A DNA stretch of 64,000 nucleotides from Octopus bimaculoides. Lineage: Eukaryota. Positions 11,331 through 25,242 of this stretch are shown here, piece after piece. Position 1 is the first letter of the stretch, and every line of letters begins with the position of its first letter. The notes under the pieces were generated by a model. It searched no databases. It had not been told where the DNA came from and was given only the letters and a program-made list of their open reading frames with translations. The position numbers were made by a program, and so were the translations under genes. Location of the stretch: assembly GCF_001194135.2 (NCBI RefSeq), contig NC_068993.1:60696804-60760803 (forward strand), read 5' to 3'.

Positions 11331-11390
<60 letters not shown>
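11328..11390 (+). repeat. (AAT)n microsatellite
   Basis: Directly visible. Confidence 0.97.
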
Positions 11391-11391
<1 letters not shown>

Positions 11392-11594
11392 GATTAAATA
11401 TCTTGGTTAAATAATGTTCCAGCGAGCTATTCTATTGATGAACAAATATCGATTTATTGATTGCCAATTACATTCTTCAGCCAATGTGTAAAACAATAGC
11501 TCAAGCTCAATAGAATGTTTTGGCTGAGAGGAGAGGTAGATGTGACGTCATTGATATATTATAGGGTTTAATATTTGCAGCAACCGCCAGTAGG

Positions 11595-11830
11595 GGGAGT
11601 TGTAAAAACGATTAAGCACCGAACTAGAATGCTACACAGTATTTTAATTCCGTCAGAAATATAAATGAAAAATAATAAAGGACCGTAATTAAATATAAAA
11701 TACCCTTGGGGTATACAGTTGCGGCTCTTTGCATTGTGAGTTCAAATTCCAGTGAGGTCATCGTTACTTTTACTCCTTCCATAATCGATAAAACATAACA
11801 GCGGTCAATTATTAGCGTTAGTTTAATAGA
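11595..11830 (+). mobile_element. SINE family C, diverged, with internal insertion
   Basis: GAGTTCAAATTCCAGTGAGGTC...CCTTCCATAATCGATAAAA matches family C GAGTTCAAATTCCGCCGAGGTCGAC...CCTTTCGGAGTCGATAAA. Confidence 0.5.
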
Positions 11831-14504
11831 TTTTGCCCACCCGCTCACCTCCACCCCTATCTCAGCATTTTCACATCATCGGACATCAATTTCTGCTGTA
11901 ACTGCTGTTTTAGTTCAGATGAACCATGAACGCCGCAACATTTCATTTCTTCCTTCCTATTTTTTTTATTTAATTGAAAAGCATGAACATCACAACACCT
12001 CAGTAATATTGTTCTAGCAGAAAAGAAATGTTTCCCTGTCCTATCAAATGTGAAGCGGTTTTGAATGTAGTTTCACTTTAATTTAATTAAGCTTCGTCCG
12101 GAAATGGTTATGAAGAAGACACGCTTACTTCAATTTATTACCCCAGTTCTACTGACCATTAACGATAGCAAAAACTCTGTGGCTGGGTAAAGCTGGGAAT
12201 GGTAGACGTAAACTCTTACCAAAACTGAATATCAAACCCCGTTTCTGTCTTCGCTTGTATCGGAAATATATTTAAGAATGTCCCTAATTCCTGTTTCTCT
12301 TCTAATCTTAAAAACCATGTCTGTGCAAGAAAATGAAGCTCGTCCGTCTCAGTAAACCATTGAAGCGGAGGGGCCATAGTATGGGTCCTTTATTTAGATT
12401 CTGCAGATTGCAACAGGAGATAGATAAATCACTCGTATTAGAGACAGGAAGCTTGTGTATGGCGAATTACACCCCCGTAAGCCGTTTTCCCTGCTAAGGC
12501 ATCTTCAACATATTAAAGGATATCAAACATCTTGAAGCTTGTTGTTAAATATTTAATGAAAGTCTTGGAGCGGGTTTGAACTCTTGACACTTGGGATCGT
12601 AATTTAATACCGTAGCTATAAACTATACAATACCATCCTTAAAACCCACTACATCTTCTACTCTATCAAGACACACATAAAAACATGACATATACGCCAA
12701 AGTAACTGTAGTATTAACAGGTTGTCTGGAGCCAAGTAGTGTGCTCAGATGCACAAGTGCAAAGGAAATACAACTGTTGCACTCTGACCATGCGTGTCCT
12801 CTTTGCCCGTCTCTAACTGTTGCCAATTCCAGAATCTTCAAATATTAAGAAATAGACTGCAGAAGAGAAGAGCGCAAAATATGTAGAATGTAAGAAAGCA
12901 TTCTGTTGGCTTCACTGCAGAATATCGTAGTGTGCAGTATTGTCATATGCCAAACAGAAACATGGTCTAACAGTAGAAGAACAGGGCTTTGTCCACAACA
13001 AGTCATTTGGACCGGCTGCCTGCGCTGCGTAGTCACCAGAGTAACACAACAACACCAATATCGTTGTTGTTTAGCAAGAGGTTGGTTCTGGAAGGAAAGA
13101 AGTGTTCTAATTGTGACCAAGCATCACATTTTCCTGCCAATGTACGACATTATCCATTGTTTCATTTTCTTTATGACACTATGGTAAACATCAGGAAAAT
13201 TTGGCTTGAAGCACACACCGCTATTGAAGTTATGCATATCGAAGAGATTTATGACAAATGATATCCCAGACACGACCAATTCATTGATTGTTTTTTCAGA
13301 TGTAGTGATTAAAATTACATTTTTCCAATGAGTCGTTCATCTTTTTAAAAGTCTCGTGACGTTTGTTATTTCTCCGAAATTTCGACCTTTTTGGTACGGT
13401 ATCCAATCAACTCTTTGACAGTTCAATCAATAGGGTCGGTGAGGTCGAGTAAGGTTCTACTCTAGGTTCCGAACTGGGGAAAAGATATGAGGAATGTATA
13501 ATTTGCGTGAAGTGTGCGCTGAGTCTAAAGGCACCGAATTGTCTGTTTTGGACAGCACCATTTAGCAAAGGTTACAAACAGGAAGATTAATGTCTACCTG
13601 GAAAATGACGAACTATAAATCACCATACACCAATAATGAAAAGAACAAGAAAACAAACCTTGCTGACGCAGTATGAAATTTGTATTAACTGTATTAGGGC
13701 AGCAAATCACCGGTGACGTTGTACATCATGTGATAGTCTATTATTCTGTAATTCAGTTCAACAACTACAAGTTCGCTGAAGATCACTTTCTTGAAATTGC
13801 TGGTTTCTTGCCCGAAATCCTGACAAGGAAGTTTACTAAATACCTGCGTTGGTTTTGATGTATTCATGTCTAGATATGTATTTTTCTGTCAATTAAATCC
13901 CTCTCTTTATGCTTTTGCATTGAGCTCTCCCTTATCTAACACATGGAAACAATTTACTGAGTTATATGGTGTTAATTTTTAGTTCTCCCGTGTCTTTCGC
14001 ACAATCGAACACCACCTCACCACAATGAGGAATGCAGGACCGCTTGTGTTTGTAATAACGAAATAAAGAAACATTAAATCGCCATACATAAGATGCCCGA
14101 GCGGTTACAAAGTATCTAAAGAACTTCGAAGTTCTGTGGGGATGACCCTGTAAATTTAGAGTAGGCGAAGACTGTTATAATTACTGTTTCTGCTACGAGA
14201 TTTTTCACTGATGTGTCATCATAATTAATAAAACCAGACATAATTAGAAATATTCTAAATGTCTATAAAGACTCACAAATATACCTGGATGAGAAAGATA
14301 TTTTTAGATATGTATAAGACATTGTGAGAGAAATATTTTAGTGAGTATAGATTACAATAGTTGGAGTCCAATATAGACCCTCACCCTCGATGAAATTGTT
14401 TCTGATTTTCAGGCATTTATATTTCCTACTCCTACAATAATGTTATTAAGAATTTAATATATTAGACTCACACTTACTGCACTCTACTGTTTTATTGAAG
14501 ACAG

Positions 14505-14700
14505 CAGTCGCCCACGTCACCAATGTTATCCAACGGAAAGGCAAATGACGATACAGTCTGGCACCAGTCACATCGAAGTTCAATTCTACAGCTAAGTGAA
14601 CGGGAACAACAAAAAAGTGTCTTGCTCAAGAACACCAACGCACGGTCCAGTTCGGGAATCGAACTCACTACCGCATGATTGTGAGCCCGACGCTCTAGAC
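14505..14700 (-). mobile_element. CORE-type SINE, family B (octopus OR-like)
   Basis: Minus strand: GTGAGTTCGATTCCCGAAC...GTGTTCTTGAGCAAGACACTTTTT...TTCACTTAGCTGTAG; the CORE-like block resembles MIR GTGACCTTGGGCAAGTCACTT. Confidence 0.8.
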
Positions 14701-14708
14701 ATATATAA

Positions 14709-14764
<56 letters not shown>

Positions 14765-14960
14765 ATAAGTACAGTTTATTTGATAGATACATGGGGATAA
14801 ACATATGGGTGGACAGACAGAAAGAGAAAGATATATATAGACAGATAGATAGATGTATGTGTGTGTTTGAGCGTGTGCATACGTACACAAACACTGGCAC
14901 ACACAAGTAATTATGTAAATATATAAAGCGAGAGAGAGAGAAATAGAGAGAGAGAGAAAT

Positions 14961-15003
<43 letters not shown>

Positions 15004-15510
15004 CTCTGAAAGAGAGAAAGAGGAACAAAGACAAATTTGATCACAAACTTACATTATATAAACAGCGCATGCTCATGTGAATACACGCACACTATATACA
15101 CACACACATACAGATACACACACATACAGATACACACACACTCGTATAAACTCATAAACATGTGTAGGTGTGGGTGTATATGTATATATATGTGTGTGTG
15201 TGTGCACAGATGCACAGAAGTAAAGAGTCTTATGATTGTGTGATAAAACGTGTGTATATATGGATGTATGAATGTATTTATAGGTGCATGTATGTTGTAG
15301 TTAGGTGTGTATAGGCTTCGATAAGTGTACACAATGTAAACACGTGTGTCATTAACACAAATCACTGATTCCTTGCCTGAATCATTCGCGAAAATTGAAC
15401 ATTACGCAAGATGTAACGTTTGCGACACACTAATCTAATAATCCGAGCAGATTTGAATGACATTCATAAGCCAGGCCCTTCTAGAGAAGATATATACAAA
15501 CATACATACA

Positions 15511-15568
<58 letters not shown>

Positions 15569-16024
15569 GAGAGACATAATATTATATAGATAATTATAAA
15601 ATATCTACATATATATATATATATACACTCACACATAAATATATATCTGTGTGTACACATGCACACATATACATGTGTGTGTGTGCGTCTATGTGTGAGT
15701 ACATGTATATGTATATATGCATATATTCATACGCATTTATATATGAGACATGCTTGTGTATTTCGAGAGGTGAGAGTTTTGTATGTGTCTGTGCGTGTCT
15801 GTGTGTGTGTTTCTGCGTGTGTGTGCATATATCTGTCCGTTTATATCTCTCAGTTATTCCTCATGCGTACTCACACACACACACACGCACATATGATATA
15901 TACATATTTATATAAATGAATTCCATGACGAGATCTCCAGCAAGGAGCGCATAATCGGAGTTATATAACAGCGCCTCTCTCTCTCTCTCCTTATCTCCCC
16001 CTCTCTCTCTCCTTATCTCCCCCT

Positions 16025-16190
<166 letters not shown>

Positions 16191-16509
16191 ACGGCAACAG
16201 CGTGTTTACTGTACGAGAGCACACAGCAACATTTAGGTTTTCCCAACTTTGCTGCTGCATGAAATCCCGGCCATTTGTGTCAACACCCAGAAACGGTTAA
16301 CCCCGAGCACCGGTGCTCTCTAACCACAAAGGAAAACACAATCGAAGAACCGTAATTTATATATTCAGGCAACTGAATTGTGCGTCAATGCCTTTAACAA
16401 CTAGTAACCTCGTATGACGTGAGGAACTTCCATGGATCGAAGTTGTGTCAATAATAAATAAAAGATTATTATTATTGTTGTTATTATTATTATTATTATT
16501 ATTTTTATT

Positions 16510-16556
<47 letters not shown>

Positions 16557-18415
16557 GTATGTATGTACGTATGTGTGTGTGTATGTATGTGTGCGTTCTT
16601 GTTACGAAATGCAAACGAGGAAAAGAATACTCGATACGTCTTGTAAAGATGATTTATTTGTGAAATGATTGTGAGTTCCTCCAAAGCAAAGCTACGTGAA
16701 ATTTGACCGGAGCCGTTCGTGCAGGCTTTTTGGGGAATGAATGGCTAGAAAGGAAGCAGGTAAATGGGATTTACCTGCTCTCCTTTGTTAGCTGAATGTA
16801 ATCATCGTCATATGCTCTCTTTTTTCGTATTGGTGGAAGTCAGGTAATATGATTAATTGCTTCCAACTTGACTTCGAAACTAAGTACCGAGCATTAATTG
16901 CAGTGGATGCAGTCAAACACGGACCCTTAAAAAAATTATAAACTAGGTCTTTATTCGATCGCATTCACTTTAGCGTACGCCTGGTACTTCGTTTACATAT
17001 CATGTTGGTATGTGTACAATAGTTGGTTTCGTGGATTGAAAAGGATCCAATTATTTGCTACAAAACATTGCTTATGACATTTTATTGGTTTCATCAATCA
17101 CCGATCTCCGATCTCACATTTATAGAATAATAACGAACAGCTTTGAAATACTGAAATATTAAATATTAGACGTTGCTTAAATGATTTGAAGTGCTTATTT
17201 TTGATAGCATCCACTAGATAAAGAGAAACAGAAAAATACACTATGTCTGATGTCTAAAAAATACAATTAATAAAGTGATTTTTGTCATACCTAATGTAAT
17301 AATCCGAGAAATTATACCTTATCTTTAATGAGGAGGTAAAGAAAATCTTCTTTTGGACAAAAAATATTGAAGGGAGACAAACACGGAATTGAAAATGGTA
17401 AAACTGGTGATGCATCCAAATTTTAATGAATTAAAATCACATGGCGCTTTGTATTGAGCTCTCGCCAACTTTATTAAATAATTACATTTAACCATATCAC
17501 TTTCTGATATCAAATTTTGCTGCTGTTCGATTTTGCCCCTTACCTATACAAAGTCAATAATAAAATTACAAATAATATAGTGTGATCTACTCAATGACAA
17601 ATAATCCTTCTCAGACAAAAATATCGGCCGCCTTGCAACCAGCAGAAATCAATATTTATCTATTGAGATATTGTATAACAACATTTGACATTCTCATCAC
17701 TGTGTATATTGAATACAAGATGTAATCTAATAACTACAAGATTGAGTTTAGATACTCTCAACATCTTGTCACTTAATAATTACTACTTGAAAGTGCGGAT
17801 GAAGAAGTGGATAAGATAAGAGACAACTAACCAAGAGGTTGGTAGTTTGTTCCTTCTCGCCATTAATGCGTTATGCGCATGGCCAAGACACATAAATCTC
17901 AAATGGATCACTACACCTCACTACAGATTGATAATACTGAGTGGGAACAACTTTACTTCTGCAACAAGTTGGAGCAGCGTTGTAAACTTATCAAATGGTT
18001 AATTAGCTTTCGATGCTAAATTCAACATGTCTCATAACTTCAGTATTAATCAGCACTCAACCGAGAGTGCAGTTTCAATTGTCAGAGTCACTGTGTCGTT
18101 GTGTTTCGTTTCGAGAACTAGTTATAGGTTGGTGTGTAGCAGTGTCTTGCATATTAAATGGATCAAGTAAGAGAGATAGCTCACTCACAAACATGCGCGC
18201 GCACACAGGGGATAGATACACATTTGTATATAGAAAAGATAAAAGATTCTCTAAATAAAAGACCAGCTGGAGCTTCGTAAATCATGAGAAAGGTGACAAA
18301 CTCTTCCAAGTTTGCGCTAAATAATCTGGAAATTTCTCCTCTATTTACGCACGGCATACATCCACCAATACATATATACATGTATATATACATACATACA
18401 TACATACATGTATAT

Positions 18416-18447
<32 letters not shown>

Positions 18448-19479
18448 TTATATATATATACATACATATACACACACATACACACACACGCATGCACACT
18501 CGCACACGCACATGCACACGCACACTCACATGCACATGCGCACACACACATATTGTTATATTTCGGGACGGTCATTTGTTATTTGCCTGTTAAACACACG
18601 GACTATGTATTAGTTCTTCACTCAAATATGATTGCCCTGATTTTATCTTTTGTTCATTGTCTGGAAAACTTTCATCACACACCTGTGACCTCTTCAACGA
18701 ATCTTCCATACCACGCGTCTTTTCCTGTTCATACCACGGAAACGTTGGGACATACCAGCAGATGGGGTTTTTTTTACACCATTTTGCATATAGTCATAGA
18801 AGGTGATTTAGCTTGCACCTCACCTCGATTCGGGTACGCGGTATTGACAAACCACAATGATAACGAAACATTAATGTCTATCGCTCCTGTAACGACACTT
18901 GATGCGAGTTATCTCACTTGTCTATCACTTCCTGGTGTTTTAGCACGAGGCGAAATAACGAGAATATATTCTCTTAATCGAGAATATATTCTCTTAATTT
19001 CAGCTCGTCCACGAACTGACAAATCATATACCTTGTGTATATGTGTTCAATATCGTTTATGTATATATATATTGAACCCATCTCATTCACATTATTGCTA
19101 CCTTTTTGAAGCAAACTAAACGAAGGAAGTGTATTGTTTGTTTACATATAAGATGGAATTATATAATCAAATATTATTACGTACAAAATGAAAGTGAAAC
19201 GAAGCAAGCCGATATGTAGATATTTAATAGCAATGTAGTCTTAGTATTACTTATATTGAAAAGAAAAATACTAAAAATATACTTACCATTTTTAACGTTG
19301 TGAAATATTAATACTTAGTAAAACGTCGGCAAAGCATATAACAGTTGAAAATTTAAAATTTAAAGCAGACAGCTATAAGATGAGATATTGCAAAGCAGTT
19401 TTTAACAGAACGTGCATTTAATATTAAAAATGATGATAAATAAAGGAAAACTATTATATATATATATATATATGTTATA

Positions 19480-19876
19480 ACCTTTTACTCTTTTACTCTT
19501 TTGCTTGCTTCAGTCATTTGACTGCGGCCATGCTGGAGCACCACCTTTAGTCGAGCAAATCGACCCCAGGACTTATTCTCTGTAAGCCTAGTACTTATTC
19601 TTCCGGGCTCTTTTGTCGAACCGCTAAGTTACGGGGACGTAAACACACTAGCATCGGTTGTCAAGCGATGTTAGGAGGACAAACACAGACACACAAACAC
19701 ATATATATATACATATACATATATACGACGGGCTTCTTTCAGTTTTCGTCTACCAAATCCATTCACAATGCTTTGGTCGGCCTGAGGCTATAGTAGAAGA
19801 CATTTATTTAAGGTGCCACGCAGTGGGAATGAACCTGGAACCATGTGGTTGGTGGGCAAGCTTCTTACCACACAGG
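19480..19876 (-). mobile_element. SINE family A, near full-length, 5-prime end clipped
   Basis: Minus strand: CTGTGTGGTAAGAAGCTTGC...GGTTCATTCCCACTGCGTGGCACCTT...GTAGACGAAAACTGAAAGAAGCCCGTCG, an internal TA/TG tract, and tail GGTGCTCCAGCATGGCCGCAGTCAAATGACTGAAGCAAGCAAAAGAGTAAAAGAGT. Confidence 0.9.
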
Positions 19877-19921
19877 AGGAGGAAGAGGAGGAGGAGGAGG
19901 AGGAGGAGGAGGAGGGGAGGA

Positions 19922-20245
19922 GCACTCCGTCGGTTACGACGTCGAGGGTCCCAGCTGATACGATCAACAGAACAGTTTGATCGTGAAATTCACGTGGAAG
20001 AGACTGAGCTCTCCACAGACACGTGTACCCTTAACGTAGTTCTTAGGGGGGATTCAACGTGACACAGAGCGTGACAAGACTGGCCCTTTGAAATATAGGT
20101 ACTAATCATTTTTGCCAGCTGAGTGGACTGGAACAACGTGAAATAAAGTGTCTTGCTCAAGGACACAACGCGTCGCCGGGAATTGAAGTCAAGACCTTAC
20201 AATCGTGAGCCGATTACCCTAACCACTAAGCCACGCTCCTTCACA
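19922..20245 (-). mobile_element. SINE family B (CORE block plus cephalopod-type 3-prime domain), full-length
   Basis: tRNA-like head GTGGCTTAGTGGTTAGGG, CORE block GTGTCCTTGAGCAAGACACTTTATTTCACG, and 3-prime domain GAACTACGTTAAGGGTACACGTGTCTGTGGAG...GTCGTAACCGACGGAGTGC shared with 43995-44356 and 63430-63590. Confidence 0.9.
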
Positions 20246-21430
20246 TTTGTATTGTATATATGAACTGTATATATATATATATATATGTATTGCATGTATG
20301 TATTGTATATGTGTGCTGTGTAGACAGGAATAAGATCACATGGTGTGTCTTAATTAATGCCACAGCGCCCCATACGGGTGAGATATCGAATCCAGGAACC
20401 TATGATCATAAACCCAGGATTATAATCACTAAGCCACAACCCTTAAGGCACATACGCGCACGCGCGCCCACCTACGCACTCGCAGATCACTGATCGTACA
20501 ACCACCGGAACGTTAAACTTTGTGTTCTGCTTTTGCTGATGCCGTTTGTTGGTGCTGTTGTTGTTGTTGATGCCCTTGTTGTTGTTGTTGTTTTCGTTGT
20601 TATTGTCCTTTTGATAATATTTGTAATTGTTCGTGTTGTTATGATAGTAGTCGTTGCTATTGCTGTCACCGTGATATCCTCTTAGCCATTGTTGCTGTTC
20701 TTCTTGTTGTTGCAGTTGTGGTGACAGTGACCATATTTCTTGCTTTCATTCTTGTCATCGTTGTCATGATGGTAGTGCCATCTATTTGATGTTTTTCTTG
20801 TTGTTATAGTTGTTCTAGTTGTTGTTGTTGTTCATGTTGCTGTTGGTGTTGTTGTTGTTGTTGTTGTTCTTCTTCTTCTTCTTCTTCTTCTTCTATTAAC
20901 ATATTTCTTGCTGTTATGGTTGTAATAATAACGTTATTTCCATTGTTGTTGTTGTTGTTGGTGTTGTTGCTTTTGTGGCTGTGTTTGTCTTTCCAGCCGT
21001 TATTGTTACCAGTGTTGTTATGGCAGCCTTTGTTGTTGTTGTTGCTGTTGTTGTTGTTGTTGCGGTCGATAACGACCGTTTATGTCCGGCGATAGAGATC
21101 AGGCATCTTTCTTTATGGCTGACATTTTCAACACCTGAAGGAATCATAAGCAATAAATGAGATAAAAGCCAGACCATCAAATATTGGCAAGAATCTACGG
21201 AAGACGAAAAGTGAAGCAATCTTGACGCACACAACACGTGCTACCGTCACTGGAGAATCTCAGAATTGGAATGTGGACGAGAGCATACACACACTTACAC
21301 ACACATACGATCACACATATACACATACATGTATATACATTTGCACATACACACGTGGCGCGCGCACACACACACACAGACACACAAATATATCTACGAG
21401 GCTGAGGTGTGGAACTCCAATATTTTCCAT

Positions 21431-21432
21431 AG

Positions 21433-21476
<44 letters not shown>

Positions 21477-21556
21477 TTACTGCCAACAACAATACCATTG
21501 ATAGCATTAATAATACTACAAATGACACTGGGCAAGATATAGAAAGTGAAGATTTT

Positions 21557-21597
<41 letters not shown>

Positions 21598-21622
21598 TGA
21601 TGATGATGATAATAATAATAAT
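21431..21622 (+). repeat. (ACT)n, (AAT)n and (GAT)n tracts
   Basis: Directly visible. Confidence 0.93.
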
Positions 21623-22897
21623 GGTTCTTTTATTTTCTTTTGATGATGATGAGGATGATAATGATATGATGATAATTATTGTTTATTTGCTCCAATAGCC
21701 TAAAAATATAGAGTACAATATAAGAACAGGAATCGAAGAAAATGCAAAAAATAAAGCAAAAATAATTAACAAGAAAATTGATAACAAATTCCTCAAAAAG
21801 AGTGATTCCCACCCATGACCAAACAAGGAACGCCACTGATCCTGGACCATTCAATCCGCCAAAAGGTATCACATGGAGGTGCTCTTCTCCTCCAAGATGC
21901 ATCCATACAATGGAAACAGTGTCATAAAATAGCTGCTATATAATATGTGGCTATGTACAAATACATACATACATACACACACACACGTGCACACACACTG
22001 ACACATTCGATCGCCCACATACACACACACCCACACAGAACTATAGCAGGTGGAACAGGTTAATAAATTTATTTAAGAAAATAGATAAAATGATTTATAA
22101 GGTACCCTGATCTTTGGTAGGGATCAGAGTGACTTCAATCTTGCTCCGATCATCCACTGAAAACTGGGTCTTTTGAAATAACACAAGAAAAGGATGGGCC
22201 TTAGTTGCCCCATGAAATCTCACATATTTTCCCAAAGTGGTGCTCCTTTAGCTGTCGATAGTAACCCTATTCCTAACCTTGTTAATTTTATTACTGAGTT
22301 TGAAGTTGCTGAACTCTTATGTTTCGTTCCGATTAATATCGAAGCTGCGACCAGCAATACTGTGGAAAACAGCATCAGTCATCATGGCCTTAACTTCCGC
22401 AAACAGCTACTGTCGCCATCTCTATCGATGTATGCTACTCCGATTTAATTTTTGCTTCCTTTTCTGTCTTGGAGACCTTCAAGAGAAATTCACAACTTCT
22501 TAGGACTTCTACTTTGCATCACCAGTCCGACAAGTCTTCTCCATAATCCTTCAAAACGGCACATTTCTGGAATAATCCTATGTTCTTCGGAGGTCACAAG
22601 ACCTAGATATTCACGAAGACGGCTCTACGACAACTGCTTCCGTGTAAATATGAAATTGTGATGCGTCATATAATTTGAAGCTATTGTGAAATATCTTAAC
22701 TTCATCTAACACACACCTTCAGCCTAAGACATTTGTCCAAGGGAAATTGCCTTCTGACAATTATCTTGGTAACTATGAAGATCATTCCTGTCAGCAAGTG
22801 TCGCACATCTTCGCTTTCACAATCTTCTTTTATTGTACGAAAACCGTGCCAACAAGTCAAGAGCTTAACCTGAATAGCGATATTTATGGCCCTGATC

Positions 22898-23075
22898 AAG
22901 GCGGTGAGTTGGAAGAAACATTAGCTCGCGGAGCCATTCGTCTTCACGTACTGAGTACATATTCCACCGCGGTCGACTTTGCCTTTCATCCTTTCGGGGT
23001 CGATAAAATATGTACCAATGAAATCGACTTAACCCCTAAACTTGCGGACCTTGTGCCACGATTTGAAACCAAAAT
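22898..23075 (+). mobile_element. tRNA-derived SINE, family C
   Basis: AAGGCGGTGAGTTGG...GGTCGACTTTGCCTTTCATCCTTTCGGGGTCGATAAAA; same as 31742, 32139 and 43694. Confidence 0.85.
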
Positions 23076-23424
23076 CAATGGCTCTGATCCTTGCATTCCC
23101 TTTTCCTCATCTACTGCAGCACCCACCTATACTCGAGAGCAAAACATGAATTGTACTTCGTTCTCGCTATGTACTCGATATTAATCACCAAGTATAACCC
23201 TTCTATATTCTCTGTCTCAATCATGTGAGCGCACTTCCTGCCCAACACTAGTCAGAGCTCTCTCGAGCATATGAACGAACTCATTCTTTTAAATGGAGAT
23301 CCATTAATTTCCTTCCATTCGTAAGTTCATCTTCCATGTTTTTTCGCTTGAAGTTGACCCACGTCCAGAACCACTACATGACTTGGGACAAAAGTATTTG
23401 CTTTTGTTTGTGCTGACGTTTTCT

Positions 23425-23680
23425 TTTAACTTGGCGCCTTTACCACCTTTTTGCGGTTTAACTTAGCGTCTATACTACCTTTTCCCGGTTTAACTTAACG
23501 CCTTTACCACGTTTTTCCAGTTTCACTTCGCGTCTTTACCACCTTTTTTTCCGGTTTAACTTAGCGTCTTTACCACCTTTTTCCGGTTTAACTTAGCGTC
23601 TTCACTACTTTTTTCTGGTTTAACTTAGCGTCTTTACGACCTTTTTCTTGTTTAATTTGGCGTTTTTACCACCTTTTTTC
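23425..23680 (+). repeat. Minisatellite, unit about 32 bp (TTTTCCGGTTTAACTTAGCGTCTTTACCACCT), about 8 copies
   Basis: Directly visible; unit length varies 31-34 bp through the T-run. Confidence 0.92.
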
Positions 23681-24599
23681 GTTTCTGCTTTTCAAACTGT
23701 AAACGTTTATCTTTATAACAGTATCTTTCATTTTTCTGACTTTAACTCTTTTTTCATTTAATTTGTATTTCCAAAAGTCTAAGGGTTGCATTCTATGCTA
23801 CCATCCTTTCTTACTCCCACAACTGCAGTCATTTTGGATCATGAATGAATAATAAAAATGGTCACGGTGCAAAAATATCGACACAGTTAAATACAATGTT
23901 TGGACCAATTCGATAATAGTGTGGATGTTTAACACTTTGAAGCTTTTTGTTAGTAAAATAGAAACGAAGCGAATACTTTTATCTTGTCAAGTAATCCAAT
24001 AAGATAATATCTTTTAAATACGATGAATTCGACCGTGAACAACAACCTATAACAAGACATTATAAACCTAACATTATTTCTTCTTAGCAAAACTGGAAAT
24101 AGCACATTAACTATCGACATAGCACTAACACGTGACTATGATATTTTGTAAAAGCAAAGTGAAAAACTATGCAGTTACACCGACCTCAATGTTGAATTAA
24201 AAGTATTATGCCAGTAAAGGAAAGCCTATTACCAATTTGTAATTGTCACACAACCCAAGTGATACAATATAATTTCCGTAATGACATTGCCAAATTATCT
24301 ATATAGATAGAGTTGGTCACGTTCCAGTAAATAGTAATTCTTGTATTTGTAAGCTACGTTAGATCGTTTGCAGACATCATTTGTAGGATTTGAACGGTTT
24401 CGTTAACCACAAATATACTTGTCAATGCTAAACATTCTCGTTAACCTTGAATTATCTTCGTTAATCCTGAATGCGTCAAGTTTTTAACTGAACAGTTTTC
24501 TTAAACATTTTCCTGAATCATAAATTTCCATTTAATATTCTCTGTGATGTACCAAATTCATCTTTCGAAAAAAAAAAAATTATAATAAGCTTTTCTAAT

Positions 24600-24725
24600 T
24601 TTGGCGCAAAGTCAGCAATTTTGAAGGAAGAGATCAGTCGATTAGTCGGTTATATCGACCCAAGGCTTAACTGGTACTAAATGAAAGCAAAATTGGCTTC
24701 CACGGGATTTTAACTGTATTTCGTT
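24600..24725 (-). mobile_element. SINE family C 3-prime part, diverged
   Basis: Minus strand: GAAGCCAATTTTGCTTTCATTTAGTACCAGTTAAGCCTTGGGTCGATATAACCGACT...CAAAATTGCTGACTTTGCGCCAAAATTAGAAA. Confidence 0.65.
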
Positions 24726-25186
24726 GTGCGACCTTAATATACTACCAAGAGTATTAAAGGCTTTCTAAGTCTATTGTATCCTATCGTGTTAGCAGTGCGA
24801 TTCAATTACTTTTTTAATGCTCTCACCACAGATTTTCTATCGAAATTACACCCAGCAATCTTGTTTCGTTGTTGAGACTCCTTGTTGGATGTCGTCATGT
24901 TGTAGGTGTTCATGATGTTACCGGAAAGCACTATGTTATTACTGTTGCTAAAATTATTGCTTTAAAGAAGTCGCATTTTAGTTTCGCTTTCAAACATCTA
25001 TTTAACGTAAACGCTCCTATTAGCATAGGCGTAAATTTACTGTAAATTTATTGTGCCATGTTGTATTTTTAACAGAGATTTTTAAGTTCATGACCATAAC
25101 ATTTATATCATTACTCAAAATAATATAATCTTACAAACATAACACTCCACAACAACACATGTAAAAACAACCAACTACTTAATCAC

Positions 25187-25242
<56 letters not shown>

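Noticed and set aside
19281-19289. ATG/GTAAGT on the minus strand as a first coding exon
   Set aside because: A 7-9-mer of this kind is expected by chance in AT-rich 64 kb, and no downstream exons were identified.
23425-23680. 32-bp array as a CRISPR or coding repeat
   Set aside because: No spacers; the unit length is not a multiple of three and varies by T-run slippage.
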